Below are positions 1 through 12,784 of a DNA stretch of 64,000 bases, piece after piece. Origin of the DNA: Octopus bimaculoides (lineage: Eukaryota); contig NC_068983.1 of the NCBI RefSeq assembly GCF_001194135.2, positions 38,453,202-38,517,201 of the forward strand, read 5' to 3'. Positions within the stretch are counted from its first letter, which is position 1, and each line of letters opens with the position of its first letter. Position numbers and translations under genes: made by a program. The notes beneath the pieces are model-generated. The model was given only the letters and a program-made list of their open reading frames with translations, ran no database searches and was not told where the DNA came from.

Positions 1-1145
1 TCTATGTTTAGCACCCTGTGGGCAATAAAGAAATGAATAAAGAAGTAAATATACATATTAATGGCTTTCTGTAAAAAATGTCAGCCTCTTGTACCAGCAT
101 CCAGCTGTTAGGTCTCTTCCAGATGCCTTCCTATTATACAGTTTGCTTACAACTATGGTGAACATTTTGGGGTTGATTGTATGTTTTACAGTCAATATGA
201 GCGTAGATATACTGTCTGTATGCATATATATATATATGTGTGTGTGACCATGTGTGCGCGTTTGTGAGTGTGTGTGCGCACGCATACGTAGTATTACGAC
301 TTTATTAGAAGAATTATATACACACACGCAAACGTATAAATACAAACACACTCACGCGCGTATACACACATACATTTATGTACGTGCGTATGTGCATACA
401 CACATGCATAAGCACACACACATATAATTTACTGCTTCCTGTAAATATGTTAAATGCATTATTCATGGAATGCATAGAAGAAGCAACGCTCGTACCGAGT
501 ACAGTCTGATTATATAATTATATCTTCCAGTTCCTATAGAATTGAAATTGCCCGTATGAAAGACGAATGATGCTTTATTTATCCTGGAGCTCATCTAACA
601 GAAAATATAAATACATCGTTCAGGAAAGGAAGCCATATTTACTTCAGCTCAAAAGTTAAGAATCAGTACTGGAGTAGAGCATTATTGCTGTTTTTTGTTG
701 TTGTTTCGAACCCCAGGTTAGCACTCTTTGAACAGACCTCTTTGAACCGAACCATGGTCAACTTCAGGGCGGAATGGATTATGCTTTTCATTTATATTTT
801 CTTTCGAGACGGTGGGGTGCGGTTTAAGGGTGATTTGGCTGTTAGCAATTCGGCCAGCGATTTAGAGAAGGGTTCCTTTATACCTATACGTGTTTCAGCC
901 CAAAGGCTGTGGTCATACTGGGGCACCACCTTTTCCATCACCTTTTCAATATCCATTCTAGTGTGGTTTGATGAATGAATGAGTTTGATATTGCTACCCT
1001 CAGTTAAGTTTCTTGTCGTTTTATAGGCTCATTTAGGATCTTGGACAGCAGAATAGCAAGATGCTTCTTGAAAACATTTGCCCCCATCACATTATGCAGT
1101 TTCAAATTTATTTACAAATTTTGGTAAAAGATCACTATGTTCGGA

Positions 1146-1329
1146 GTGGGGGGGGAGTTAAGTTGATTGCATCAACTCCAGTACTCAACTGGTATTTATC
1201 TTATCGATCCCGAAAGGATGAAAGGCATTGTCTACCACGGCGGAATTTGAACCCAGAACGTAAAGACGGGCGAAATGCCGCTAAGCATTTTCCCCACCGC
1301 GCTAACGGCTCTGCTAGCTCGCCACCTTA
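1146..1329 (-). mobile_element. tRNA-derived SINE family A (central gcctttcatcctttcggggtcgataaa domain)
   Basis: Reverse complement of the head ggcgagctggcagaa...gttctgagttcaaattccgcc with A/B boxes. The same sequence recurs more than 20 times in the window. Confidence 0.85.
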
Positions 1330-1412
1330 TTCACAGTTGATATTAAAAGGTTTGATCCTCAAACAAGAAAAAATGATAGGGTGTAAAAGTAAAATTTATT
1401 GAGTGAAAATAT

Positions 1413-1439
1413 AACGTTTCGGATATAGTCCTTCATCGG
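1413..1439 (-). ncRNA. Degenerate minimal hammerhead-like motif in a Penelope-type end fragment
   Basis: CCGATGA-A-GGA-CTATA-TCC-GAAAC-GTT: stem II and core present, no stem I pairing found. Confidence 0.35.
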
Positions 1440-2120
1440 AGGCAAAATGATATCCAGGGAGGGAAAGAAGGGAAAGAAGAAAAGAAATAAGACACAAAAG
1501 AGCGAGGTGGTAGGGGCTGATAAATGCACATGGTAACTCACAATCTCCAACACTAGCTAAACGGAAGTGTGAGGGGTTATTGTTACTTTAAATGATAACA
1601 GAGTGCCTATTGGTATGAGTGTGTTTATGCGTGTGAATAAATGTGTTTGTGTGTGTGTGTGTGCGTGTGTGAGTGAGTGTGAGGATGCCTGTGTATATAG
1701 TGTGTATGTGTATATATATATATTTGCTTGTGTATTCATGTACGCGCATATGTGTGTGAGTATAGAAGATATAAGCAGTATGTTCGTGTATGAGAGTGCT
1801 TGGTTGATAATATTAGCAGTGTCTGTGCGTGTGTTCCTATGCGAGTGAGTGTATGTAACTCCGCGTACATGTGTATATGTGAGTATGTGCGTGTAGCTTA
1901 GATTGTGGGATAAATGAGATGTGTATGTGTGCATGTTTAGGTACGACCAGTCGTTAGAAGTGGTACGGTAGCAGTTAAAAGAATTGGGTCAAGAGGCCGA
2001 ATGATGTGTGTGAATTTGCGTGTGTGTGTGTAGGTGATATTTGTAGTGTGTGTGCGCGTACGGACGGGGTGCAAGTGAGGGCGAGTGTTAGGCAAGCGGC
2101 ATTGGTTGTATACGTGTGTG

Positions 2121-2152
<32 letters not shown>

Positions 2153-2377
2153 TGTGTGTGTGTGTGTGTGTCCGTCCGTGTTTGTGATACATGCACACAC
2201 ATATGATTGTACCCATATGAAAATATAGTTAAAAGTGCATATAAAATTTAATATAAAAGTGTGTATGTGTGTGCGTGTGCACGTGTGTGTGCATGTGCAC
2301 ATGTGTTTGTGTTTGAGTGTGTGTTTTTGTGTCTGTGTGTGTGTCTATATAATGTATGTATGCATGCATATATATAT

Positions 2378-2521
2378 GTAGTAAGTAGCTTGCTTACCAA
2401 CCACATGGTTCCGGGTTCAGCCCCACTGCGTGGCACCTTGGGCAAGTATCTTCTACTATATCCTCGGGCCGACCAAAGCCTTGTGAGTGGATTTGGTAGA
2501 CGGAAACGGAAAGAAGCCCGT
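2378..2521 (+). mobile_element. SINE family B (CORE-like), 5' half, truncated by gap
   Basis: gtaagtagcttgcttaccaaccacatggttccgggttcag...ggcaccttgggcaag...gaaagaagcccgt, then Ns where the internal microsatellite normally lies. Confidence 0.9.
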
Positions 2522-3572
2522 NNNNNNNNNNNNNNNNNNNNNNNNNNNNNNNNNNNNNNNNNNNNNNNNNNNNNNNNNNNNNNNNNNNNNNNNNNNNNNN
2601 NNNNNNNNNNNNNNNNNNNNNNNNNNNNNNNNNNNNNNNNNNNNNNNNNNNNNNNNNNNNNNNNNNNNNNNNNNNNNNNNNNNNNNNNNNNNNNNNNNNN
2701 NNNNNNNNNNNNNNNNNNNNNNNNNNNNNNNNNNNNNNNNNNNNNNNNNNNNNNNNNNNNNNNNNNNNNNNNNNNNNNNNNNNNNNNNNNNNNNNNNNNN
2801 NNNNNNNNNNNNNNNNNNNNNNNNNNNNNNNNNNNNNNNNNNNNNNNNNNNNNNNNNNNNNNNNNNNNNNNNNNNNNNNNNNNNNNNNNNNNNNNNNNNN
2901 NNNNNNNNNNNNNNNNNNNNNNNNNNNNNNNNNNNNNNNNNNNNNNNNNNNNNNNNNNNNNNNNNNNNNNNNNNNNNNNNNNNNNNNNNNNNNNNNNNNN
3001 NNNNNNNNNNNNNNNNNNNNNNNNNNNNNNNNNNNNNNNNNNNNNNNNNNNNNNNNNNNNNNNNNNNNNNNNNNNNNNNNNNNNNNNNNNNNNNNNNNNN
3101 NNNNNNNNNNNNNNNNNNNNNNNNNNNNNNNNNNNNNNNNNNNNNNNNNNNNNNNNNNNNNNNNNNNNNNNNNNNNNNNNNNNNNNNNNNNNNNNNNNNN
3201 NNNNNNNNNNNNNNNNNNNNNNNNNNNNNNNNNNNNNNNNNNNNNNNNNNNNNNNNNNNNNNNNNNNNNNNNNNNNNNNNNNNNNNNNNNNNNNNNNNNN
3301 NNNNNNNNNNNNNNNNNNNNNNNNNNNNNNNNNNNNNNNNNNNNNNNNNNNNNNNNNNNNNNNNNNNNNNNNNNNNNNNNNNNNNNNNNNNNNNNNNNNN
3401 NNNNNNNNNNNNNNNNNNNNNNNNNNNNNNNNNNNNNNNNNNNNNNNNNNNNNNNNNNNNNNNNNNNNNNNNNNNNNNNNNNNNNNNNNNNNNNNNNNNA
3501 CATTCTATTGGTATATAAATTTTACTATTCGGTACTGTTACTGTATATCTCTCGCTCAGAGATTTAAAACAA

Positions 3573-3612
<40 letters not shown>

Positions 3613-3639
3613 CTGTGTGTGTGTGTATACACACACACA

Positions 3640-4362
3640 CGAGGGGGAGTCAAAGATTATCCGCACATTCACCATGAAATATCTTCATTATTATCACACA
3701 GCCTTCTGCGCATGCATGCTTATAGTTGGTACCATTGTCGTCGCGTGATCGAAGTTTGAGCTTGAACGCGCCATTTTTCTTTCTGGCTTTACAGTGTAAG
3801 CCTGGCCGCTCCACAAGTAATGTGCAACAAAGAAGAACAAAGAGCAGTGATCCAATTTCACTGGAAACGAGATGTACAATCAACAATGCAAGATACAGTA
3901 TTTTGCCTGCCAACAAACTGAAGCCAGCAATTTGCACCAAACGTTGAAGCCTACTGGCAAAGAAAGTTTTGTTGTTGCATGACAATGCACACCCACACAT
4001 GGCCGCCCAGATCGCTTGAAACCATGAATCAATTGAGTTTTTTTAGGTGCTGGGACACCCTACCTACAGCCCAGATCCCACCCCTTCCGACTGTCATATC
4101 TTTGGACCGCTCAAAGATGGGTTACGAGGTCGTCGATTTCCTACGGATGAAGATGTGAAGGAAGCGGTGCATAAATGGTTGCATGACCAACCGTAAACCT
4201 TCTTTATGGAGGGAATACGCATGCTTGTGGACCGCTGTGAGTGTGTATAAATTAATGAATGACGAAGAGGATGTCTTACGATGTTTCGTACATAATCACT
4301 TTCATTAGCTAGCGGTTATCTTCTGCTATAAGAATAATTGCACTCAGAGCTGAGTGCTCGTA
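3640..4362 (+). mobile_element. Internally deleted mariner transposon relic
   Basis: TIR-like start cgagggggagtcaaagattatccgca; frameshifted transposase KKVLLLHDNAHPH...HPTYSPDPTPSDCHIFGPLKDGLRGRRFPTDEDVKEAVHKWL (mariner YSPDLAPSD motif). Confidence 0.88.
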
Positions 4363-4475
4363 CGACATCTTGTAGCAGAATCATCTGTAAGCTAATGAAA
4401 GTGACTATGTACCTCCTGGTCTTTTGTCATTCATTAATTCATGTAATGCTCGGTGCTTATCTGACGTTTTACTCT

Positions 4476-4910
4476 ACAGCTTCGGCGTGGCTGTGTGGTA
4501 AGAAGCTTGCTTCCCAACTACATGGTTCTGGGTTCAGTCCCACTGTGTGGCAGCTTGGCCAAGTGACTTCTATCGCCTCGGGCCGACCAGAGCCTTGTGA
4601 GTGGATTTGGTAGACGGAAACTGAAAGAAGCCCGTCGTGTGCATATATATATATATATATATGCATGCACACGACGGGCTTCTTTCAGTTTATATATATA
4701 TGTTTGTGTGTCTGTGTTTGTCCCTCCACCATCGCTTGACAACCGATATTGGTGTGTTTATGTCCCCATAACTTAGCGGTTCGTTAAAAGTGACTGATAG
4801 AATAAGTACTCAGCTTACAAAGATTAAGTCCTGGGGTTGATTTGTTTGACTAAAGGTGGTGCTCTAGCATGGCCGCAGTCAAATGACTGAAACCAGTAAA
4901 AGAATAAAAA
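4476..4910 (+). mobile_element. SINE family B, full length with internal (TA)n
   Basis: Head, CORE-like box and internal microsatellite, then tail ...gcatggccgcagtcaaatgactgaaaccagtaaaagaataaaa. Confidence 0.9.
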
Positions 4911-4949
4911 ATACACACACACACACACACACATGCATTCATTAACTTT

Positions 4950-5265
4950 CTAACTGATACTCCGTCGGTTGCGACGATGAGTGTTCCAGTCGATCTGATA
5001 GACGGAACAATCTGCACGTGAAATTAACATGCAAGTGGCTAAGCATCGCGCAGGCACGCGTATCCTTAACACAGTTCTCAGGGAGATTCAGTGTAAAACA
5101 GAATGGGACATGGCTGATCCTTTGAAATACATGTACAACTCATTTTTGCCAGTTGGCGGGGTCTGGAGCAACGTGAAATAAAGTGTTTTGTTGAAGTACA
5201 CAACACGCTACCAGTGATCGAACTCACGACCTTACGACCGAAAGCCGAATACCTAATTACTACAC
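4950..5265 (-). mobile_element. SINE with CORE-like head (family F type) and family C tail
   Basis: ggagcaacgtgaaataaagtg...acaacacg is shared with 34990-35090; the acggaaca/cacgtgaaattaac/gcaagtggct segment is shared with the family C tail at 23790-23900. Confidence 0.7.
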
Positions 5266-5679
5266 ATACACATTATATATACATGTACTCTTACACATAA
5301 ACGCACACTCGCACACACATATTCATACTCATGCACACACTTATGGCAATAGGCACTCTCTTGCTATGTGAAATAACAATTTTCCCACACACTTCCGTTT
5401 AGACAGAGATCGAGATTGTGAGTTACCTACGCACGTTCGCCACCGGCTCCTCCTGTTTGTTTTGTTTTTTTCTTCTCTTTCCTTTCTTCTCCTCTCTGGG
5501 CATCCGTTTGTCCGAAACGTAACACTTTCATTCCACAACTTATGCTCGCTATTGCTTTTTCCTTCTTTGAGTATTAACCTGTCACTACCCAAACATACAC
5601 AAACAACTAAGCCACGCGCCTTCACATACATATGTGCATGAATACATACATACATACGTACATACATGCACAGATACAT

Positions 5680-5712
<33 letters not shown>

Positions 5713-6339
5713 CACACACACGCACGCACGCACGCACGCACACATTGAAAGCAAAATACCGCCATGTTTCAAGCCATAAATATATATATATTGATTTCCG
5801 TTCTTCTTTTATCTCACCAACATTTTCCTTTCACACTACACGTGTGACCCAAGAGTGCTCTATTTTCCTGAACATATCACATTATTATACCCTTACAGCA
5901 CGTTTAGCACAAACTTGTTTCTTGTGAACGTTAACACTGAATATTGCCACTATTCTTATCACTCTAACTTATTGTCACGTGCTGTTTTGACCATATTGAA
6001 TTATCGTATCACTTAGACCAATAGAAGTTTGCACTTCTGTTAATGGAAGTACGCAGAAAATATGAGATTTATTATACATTATTCATGATAGTTGTATTGC
6101 TTTTACATTTTAAAAACTCTGAACGTTTTTTATCTTTGCCGAGCTCTCTGCTAAACGCTTTGCACAAAATAATTTATGAGGTATTAAAGATGAGCTAAAA
6201 TTGACGAAGTACAAACATGGAGTTGGTACAATAGCTGAAACCAACAGATTGTGCCAATAGATCGCAATATGGTGTCAGACTTCGTGACTTTTGGTCCAAC
6301 CTACACACATACATACATACATACATACATACATACATA

Positions 6340-6532
6340 CATACGTAAATGCAGTTCTCTATTTAAAAGATGAGGAATTATGTACCTTATTTACATTATT
6401 TACTATTGACGGATATTTGTCCTCATCTTGTTTGTTGTTAACACAACGGTTCGGCTGATATACCCTCCAGCCTTCATCAGGTGTCTTGGGGAAATTTCAA
6501 ACCTGGGTTCTCATTCCTAAGGTATTTTTCGA

Positions 6533-6563
<31 letters not shown>

Positions 6564-6656
6564 ATCACTGCCTGGAATCGAACTCGGAATCTTGGAGTTA
6601 GTAGCCCGCGTTCTTAACCACAACGCCATATGCCCGTGGACATATGGCGTAGTGGT
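6340..6656 (-). mobile_element. tRNA-headed non-autonomous element with a Penelope-type hammerhead tail and an inverted duplicate of its 5' end
   Basis: Head at 6561-6635 has A box TGGCGTTGTGG, loop CTACTAA and B box GAGTTCGATTCC; then (AAT)n and a hammerhead at 6440-6485; 6638-6656 is an inverted copy of 6617-6635. Confidence 0.75.
6440..6485 (-). ncRNA. Minimal type-I hammerhead ribozyme (one core substitution)
   Basis: GACAC-CTGATGA-A-GGCTG-GAGGGTATAT-CAGCC-GAACC-GTT-GTGTT. Stem I GACAC/GTGTT, stem II GGCTG/CAGCC; the canonical GAAAC reads GAACC here. Confidence 0.72.
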
Positions 6657-7979
6657 AAATTACAGAAGTGATAAATTACAGGACTCAGCACAAATGTAGA
6701 CTATTCATTAATACATTATAACTGAAAGGCTTCGGTTTCCAGTACTCCGAGTTGCTCGTTTCCGATCATCAGCTGGTGAACAGAGCCAGGTTTTCTTTTA
6801 AATATTCACTGTCTGAATATCTTTTGAAATATGAAATGAAAGCTTGAAGGAAACGGTTATCCTTATGTTCTTTCGTTTAGAAATGTTTGTGAAGAACACG
6901 TGAAATAAACGATTGCTTCAAGCTCATGTTTTTGATTTCATTTCTGGTTCTCGCGGTAATATTATTATAAACATCATAGACTTCATACAATCGAAGTCAT
7001 GAAATTGCATTACTGTTTAAGCAATGTTCGAGTTTTACTTTTAATTAATATTTTTAATTAATGTTATTAAAAACTATGAGTGTGCATGCAGATGTTCATT
7101 TTGCATGCGCCTGTTCAAACGCATGCGTACAGACATATGTACACTCATAGACACACATATACACACAGAATTATATATTCATGTATACATATATACATAC
7201 ATATATACATATACACATATGCTTCAATTCATATAGTCACATATAAACACACACACACATACAATAGATCTTATTAATTCACCAAATACATGTGTGCATG
7301 TATATACATACATGCATATATATATNNNNNNNNNNNNNNNNNNNNNNNNNNNNNNNNNNNNNNNNNNNNNNNNNNNNNNNNNNNNNNNNNNNNNNNNNNN
7401 NNNNNNNNNNNNNNNNNNNNNNNNNNNNNNNNNNNNNNNNNNNNNNNNNNNNNNNNNNNNNNNNNNNNNNNNNNNNNNNNNNNNNNNNNNNNNNNNNNNN
7501 NNNNNNNNNNNNNNNNNNNNNNNNNNNNNNNNNNNNNNNNNNNNNNNNNNNNNNNNNNNNNNNNNNNNNNNNNNNNNNNNNNNNNNNNNNNNNNNNNNNN
7601 NNNNNNNNNNNNNNNNNNNNNNNNNNNNNNNNNNNNNNNNNNNNNNNNNNNNNNNNNNNNNNNNNNNNNNNNNNNNNNNNNNNNNNNNNNNNNNNNNNNN
7701 NNNNNNNNNNNNNNNNNNNNNNNNNNNNNNNNNNNNNNNNNNNNNNNNNNNNNNNNNNNNNNNNNNNNNNNNNNNNNNNNNNNNNNNNNNNNNNNNNNNN
7801 NNNNNNNNNNNNNNNNNNNNNNNNNNNNNNNNNNNNNNNNNNNNNNNNNNNNNNNNNNNNNNNNNNNNNNNNNNNNNNNNNNNNNNNNNNNNNNNNNNNN
7901 NNNNNNNNNNNNNNNNNNNNNNNNNNNNNNNNNNNNNNNNNNNNNNNNNNNNNNNNNNNNNNNNNNNNNNNNNNTATGT

Positions 7980-8015
<36 letters not shown>

Positions 8016-8059
8016 TTTCAGTTCAGAGCCGCGGCTATGCTGATACACCACCGTTTTGC

Positions 8060-8530
8060 TACACTGTTATTACCGAGAGCCTCCTCTAATTAGTGGCACT
8101 TGGTGAAGAATGGAGTTTGATGTAGCTACCCTCATTTGTATCTCTTGCCGTGAGGTAGGTTCATCTGGGACTCTCGACAAGAAGAGGTTCAGCTTTGATT
8201 TAATAACGCCTACATCTACTTTGTGCAGATTCCTCGGGCTCTTTGGGAGAATATTAAAAAGCTGTGGGCCCTTGAAACCCATGCTGTTGCAGTAACTGGT
8301 CCTGAAGCGCGATGGTGTTGCTGGGATCTTTGGCACTATGCAATGTCGTCCCGTTCTGGCATTGGTGTAGCTTTCAATGCCAAAATTTGGCACAATTCCT
8401 TCCTGGATCTTCCAGATGTATATTACTGCATACCGCTCCAGCCTTCTCTCCAGGGAGTAGTCTTAGCTGTTTCAGCCTTTCCCAGTAGCTGAGCAGTTGC
8501 AAAGAGACGATCTTCTTTGTGAATCTTCTC
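8060..8530 (-). mobile_element. CR1/L2-group LINE 3' end (RT C-terminus)
   Basis: RFTKKI...SYWERLKQL...RLERYAVIYIWKIQEGIVPNFGI...KGPQLFNILPK...KSKLNLFLSRVPDEP. Confidence 0.85.
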
Positions 8531-9794
8531 TGGATTGCTTCGTATATATATATATATNNNNNNNNNNNNNNNNNNNNNNNNNNNNNNNNNNNNNNNNNNN
8601 NNNNNNNNNNNNNNNNNNNNNNNNNNNNNNNNNNNNNNNNNNNNNNNNNNNNNNNNNNNNNNNNNNNNNNNNNNNNNNNNNNNNNNNNNNNNNNNNNNNN
8701 NNNNNNNNNNNNNNNNNNNNNNNNNNNNNNNNNNNNNNNNNNNNNNNNNNNNNNNNNNNNNNNNNNNNNNNNNNNNNNNNNNNNNNNNNNNNNNNNNNNN
8801 NNNNNNNNNNNNNNNNNNNNNNNNNNNNNNNNNNNNNNNNNNNNNNNNNNNNNNNNNNNNNNNNNNNNNNNNNNNNNNNNNNNNNNNNNNNNNNNNNNNN
8901 NNNNNNNNNNNNNNNNNNNNNNNNNNNNNNNNNNNNNNNNNNNNNNNNNNNNNNNNNNNNNNNNNNNNNNNNNNNNNNNNNNNNNNNNNNNNNNNNNNNN
9001 NNNNNNNNNNNNNNNNNNNNNNNNNNNNNNNNNNNNNNNNNNNNNNNNNNNNNNNNNNNNNNNNNNNNNNNNNNNNNNNNNNNNNNNNNNNNNNNNNNNN
9101 NNNNNNNNNNNNNNNNNNNNNNNNNNNNNNNNNNNNNNNNNNNNNNNNNNNNNNNNNNNNNNNNNNNNNNNNNNNNNNNNNNNNNNNNNNNNNNNNNNNN
9201 NNNNNNNNNNNNNNNNNNNNNNNNNNNNNNNNNNNNNNNNNNNNNNNNNNNNNNNNNNNNNNNNNNNNNNNNNNNNNNNNNNNNNNNNNNNNNNNNNNNN
9301 NNNNNNNNNNNNNNNNNNNNNNNNNNNNNNNNNNNNNNNNNNNNNNNNNNNNNNNNNNNNNNNNNNNNNNNNNNNNNNNNNNNNNNNNNNNNNNNNNNNN
9401 NNNNNNNNNNNNNNNNNNNNNNNNNNNNNNNNNNNNNNNNNNNNNNNNNNNNNNNNNNNNNNNNNNNNNNNNNNNNNNNNNNNNNNNNNNNNNNNNNNNN
9501 NNNNNNNNNNNNNNNNNNNNNNNNNNNNNNNNNNNNNNNNNNNNAGGTATCTAAGGTAACTTTTATAAGCTTACTCAACCGAATTAAATTTTTAATCTAA
9601 TATTTTATAGATTTTATGGATTATAAACTTTTCTTTTAGATTTTATAGATTTTAAAATTAGTATTTTGTAGAGTACGTTTTTCTTGATGGTGTCTGATCT
9701 CCTTCATTGTTTCTGATTGCATCTTGGTGGTTCTTCTCTAAATTATTAATATATATATATATCCTTCTGCTGAAATGAAATTTCAATAAATTCC

Positions 9795-10115
9795 TATATG
9801 CGTGTGTGTGTCTGTGTGTGTGAACGTGTGTGTATGTGTGTGTGTGCCTGTGTGTATACGTGTGCGTGTGAGTGTATCTGTGTGCGTATGTGTGCGTGTG
9901 TATGTGTCTCTGTGTGTGCGTGTATGTGTGCGTGCATGTGTGCGTGTGGGGGGTGTCTGCGTGCGTATGTGCATGTGCGTGCGTGTGCGTGTGTGTGTGT
10001 ATAGTGTCTGTGTGTGTGTGCGTGTGTGTATGTATGTGTGCGTGTGAGTGTATGTTTCTGTGTGTGTATGAGTGCGTGTGTGTGTGTGTGTGTGTGTGCG
10101 TGTGTGTGTGTGTGC
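9795..10115. repeat. Degenerate (TG)n/(TGCG)n microsatellite tract
   Basis: Directly visible; similar tracts at 1610-2380, 5620-5745, 15780-16040, 29810-30200, 35710-36800 and 42565-42685. Confidence 0.95.
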
Positions 10116-10328
10116 TACTGAGTGGTCAAAAGTAAAGAAAGTAGCACTCAACCCATTTGGCTGGGGTTACATGTATTTGCATACAACTTAACTCAGTTCT
10201 TACTTAGAGTTTCGTGGGCGTAGGACACATTCATTTCTCAGCAGATGTTCGGAGACAGAATTCTACGCCCACGAAACCTTAAGTAATGTAACGCCGACTC
10301 ATATTATTACTAAATATACATACATACC

Positions 10329-10384
<56 letters not shown>

Positions 10385-10442
10385 TATGCACACATGAGTA
10401 TATCTATATCAATCTATCTGTGTGTATGTGTGTGTGTGTGTG

Positions 10443-10483
<41 letters not shown>

Positions 10484-11659
10484 CTATACATGCAATCACA
10501 CGCACACATAAATGTTTTGAGAGAGAAAGAAAAGAGAAAGAAAAGAATGAAAGAAGAATTGTGTGTGTATTTGTATACACACACATGTATATATATNNNN
10601 NNNNNNTATACACACACCATTACACAAATATCATGGCTTCAGTATTATATATTAATATAATTCTGCTCTTTAACTGTGTTTTGCTCTTAACTCGGCACCT
10701 GGTCTGTCTGTTTTCTGCTGTGTCTACCTACCATCAGCCAATATTCTTACACTATAAGATGTTAGCATCACCAACACCTGGTTTCTCTATTATTGCTGTC
10801 TCTACAAACACTCAGTATTCATGCAGTATGAAGATAACTAACACATCCATCACCTAGTTACTGCGTCTTTGTTTTGCTTCCCGTTTCCTCTTATTTTTGT
10901 TAGCCATAAAACAAATAAACTATTTATTATGCTTGTTTTTATTTTATTGTGGTTTATTCTACTTTATTTTATTTTCCCCACACAGGTGAAATAATTAGAA
11001 AACTTGCAGTTGGTTAGGTGTATTAATGCTGTACCGACTGGAGAGCAGACATTTCATAATCTCATCGTTGACTTTTTGCTACATACTTCACACGGGAGTA
11101 CCATTATGTTGGTTGTCGGCTTGCTAGAAATAACAACCTAATCTCCATTAGTCTATTAAATCCCTATATCACAATTGATCTTTTAAAAAAAGAAAGAATA
11201 ATGTAGTACCCCCTCTCTCTCTCTGTGTTTAGGAAATTTTCCTTTCTGTGTTCATCCGTTAAGCTTTTGCTAAAAATTGGATCAAATATTTATATCTTGG
11301 CCAGTTACATAACGGATCGAACGAGGCATGCACTGACTTTAGCCTTTACAGGAAGGTGGATGGATTATTGAAGATTAAATGTCTTTCGTTATTTAGTCTT
11401 AGAGATACGAACCAATGACTACTTGACTCGTATTCCGATACTTTATCTACTCCAGTGGGTTTTAAGATCCGGCCCAGATCTCAAACTTGGATTTTTATGG
11501 AAAGCCGACAAAAAAAATAAAGGTAAAATATAAGTCAATTAACGAAAAAAAATATTTTATTTATAGAGGGAAGAACATCAGAGGCCGCCAGAAGGATGCT
11601 TGGGGCCTCGTGCGCCCTGGGAGCCGCGGTTCAGAACGGCTGATCTGCTCAGTTTTTAC

Positions 11660-12365
11660 CACCTTTCCTTTCAACTTTGTAACTGGTCAACTTTAAATGG
11701 GGAGCCACAGAAACATATTAAGATCTACTGCTCTGACATTGTGCTGTTCCTCGACGGAGTATGCATATCATGTCAGGGAGTGATCAATCATACCAAGAAA
11801 CTTAACTCGGCTTTGAACATGTTTGCTGCCTGACCATTGGTTGTATGAAACCAACCAACACAAACAACACGTATCTTCTCGTCGGCATTGTCCCTGCTAT
11901 CTCGAACCGGGATAAGAAAGGCTACAATGGATGAACGTCAACCCACGACCCATCAGTTGAAATCAAGAAGAAGCTTTCTCAGCTGATGTTCAGTTTCTAA
12001 CAACGTCTTGGGAAGAACCCAGGTCACTCTCATGCTCTGAATGTAGAAGCTTAAGAAAGACCCTCCTCCAACTGACATGGGAACCTCTCCTTGCAAGAGA
12101 CCTAACCCCTGACTCAGAAGCGCCATAGATTCACTAGATGACACTCAACCACTCGAAAATAAGAATGGGGCGATCAAAAGTTGCTTTAGTTAGACGGCGC
12201 AACCACCTGAGAATGTGGTGAAACACCATACTGTGGAGCACTGCCATGTCTGCACTCTCCTGCCCAACTTCTGTAGTTCAAAAGATCTCACAGAACTGAA
12301 CACAAATGCAAAGAAATGGGAACTGTCATAACCATTATGCTTCGAAGAATCGAAAGAAGAAAACT
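11660..12365 (+). mobile_element. Degenerate Ingi/I-group-like LINE 3' fragment
   Basis: Across frameshifts: LVNFKWGA...RSTALTLCCSSTEYA...HTKKLNSALN...IGCMKPTNTNNTYLLVGIVP, matching the remembered consensus KWGA...RTTALALCYSTAEYA...TGCLKPT...LAGIAP. Confidence 0.7.
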
Positions 12366-12784
12366 ATTTTTCCTATGCCTAATGAACCGAAGTGAGCGTT
12401 GTTAAAATATATGAATATTGACTTTATATGTTGAGGAAATCTATATCTTTGACTGCTACGATAATAAATACTTGTATAAATAACCATTTGTCTTTGATGT
12501 TGCTGACACTGTTACCAATGTCGTGAAGGCATTCAGTTTATTAATCTCTGTCAGTGAAGGTGGGGTAGAGTTCAACGTTGTAAACAGCCAGTGACTAAAG
12601 CAGGATCCTCAAGGAGAGGAATAAAACTGTGACGTCCCCACTTGCCTCGAGAGGAGTAGAGGCTATGTTTGTTGTTAAGGCACTTACTCCATTGACCAAA
12701 GACTCTTCTTTTCTCTTCTCCTCGGCTCTTTGGTTAAGCCCTGCCTTGTTCATCATTTCATCTGCATTTACACCCATATCTTTC

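Noticed and set aside
6561-6635. tRNA-Ser(ACT)-like gene; also the tRNA-like head at 23521
   Set aside because: No acceptor-stem closure and each is followed by repeat body, so these are SINE-type heads, not tRNA genes.
6730-6780. CTGATGA...GAAAC on the minus strand
   Set aside because: No credible stem I and no GUH triplet in register.
12595-12777. Exon-like minus-strand segment ending AATGGA|gtaagt
   Set aside because: No acceptor, no recognisable homology, and it is embedded among LINE relics.
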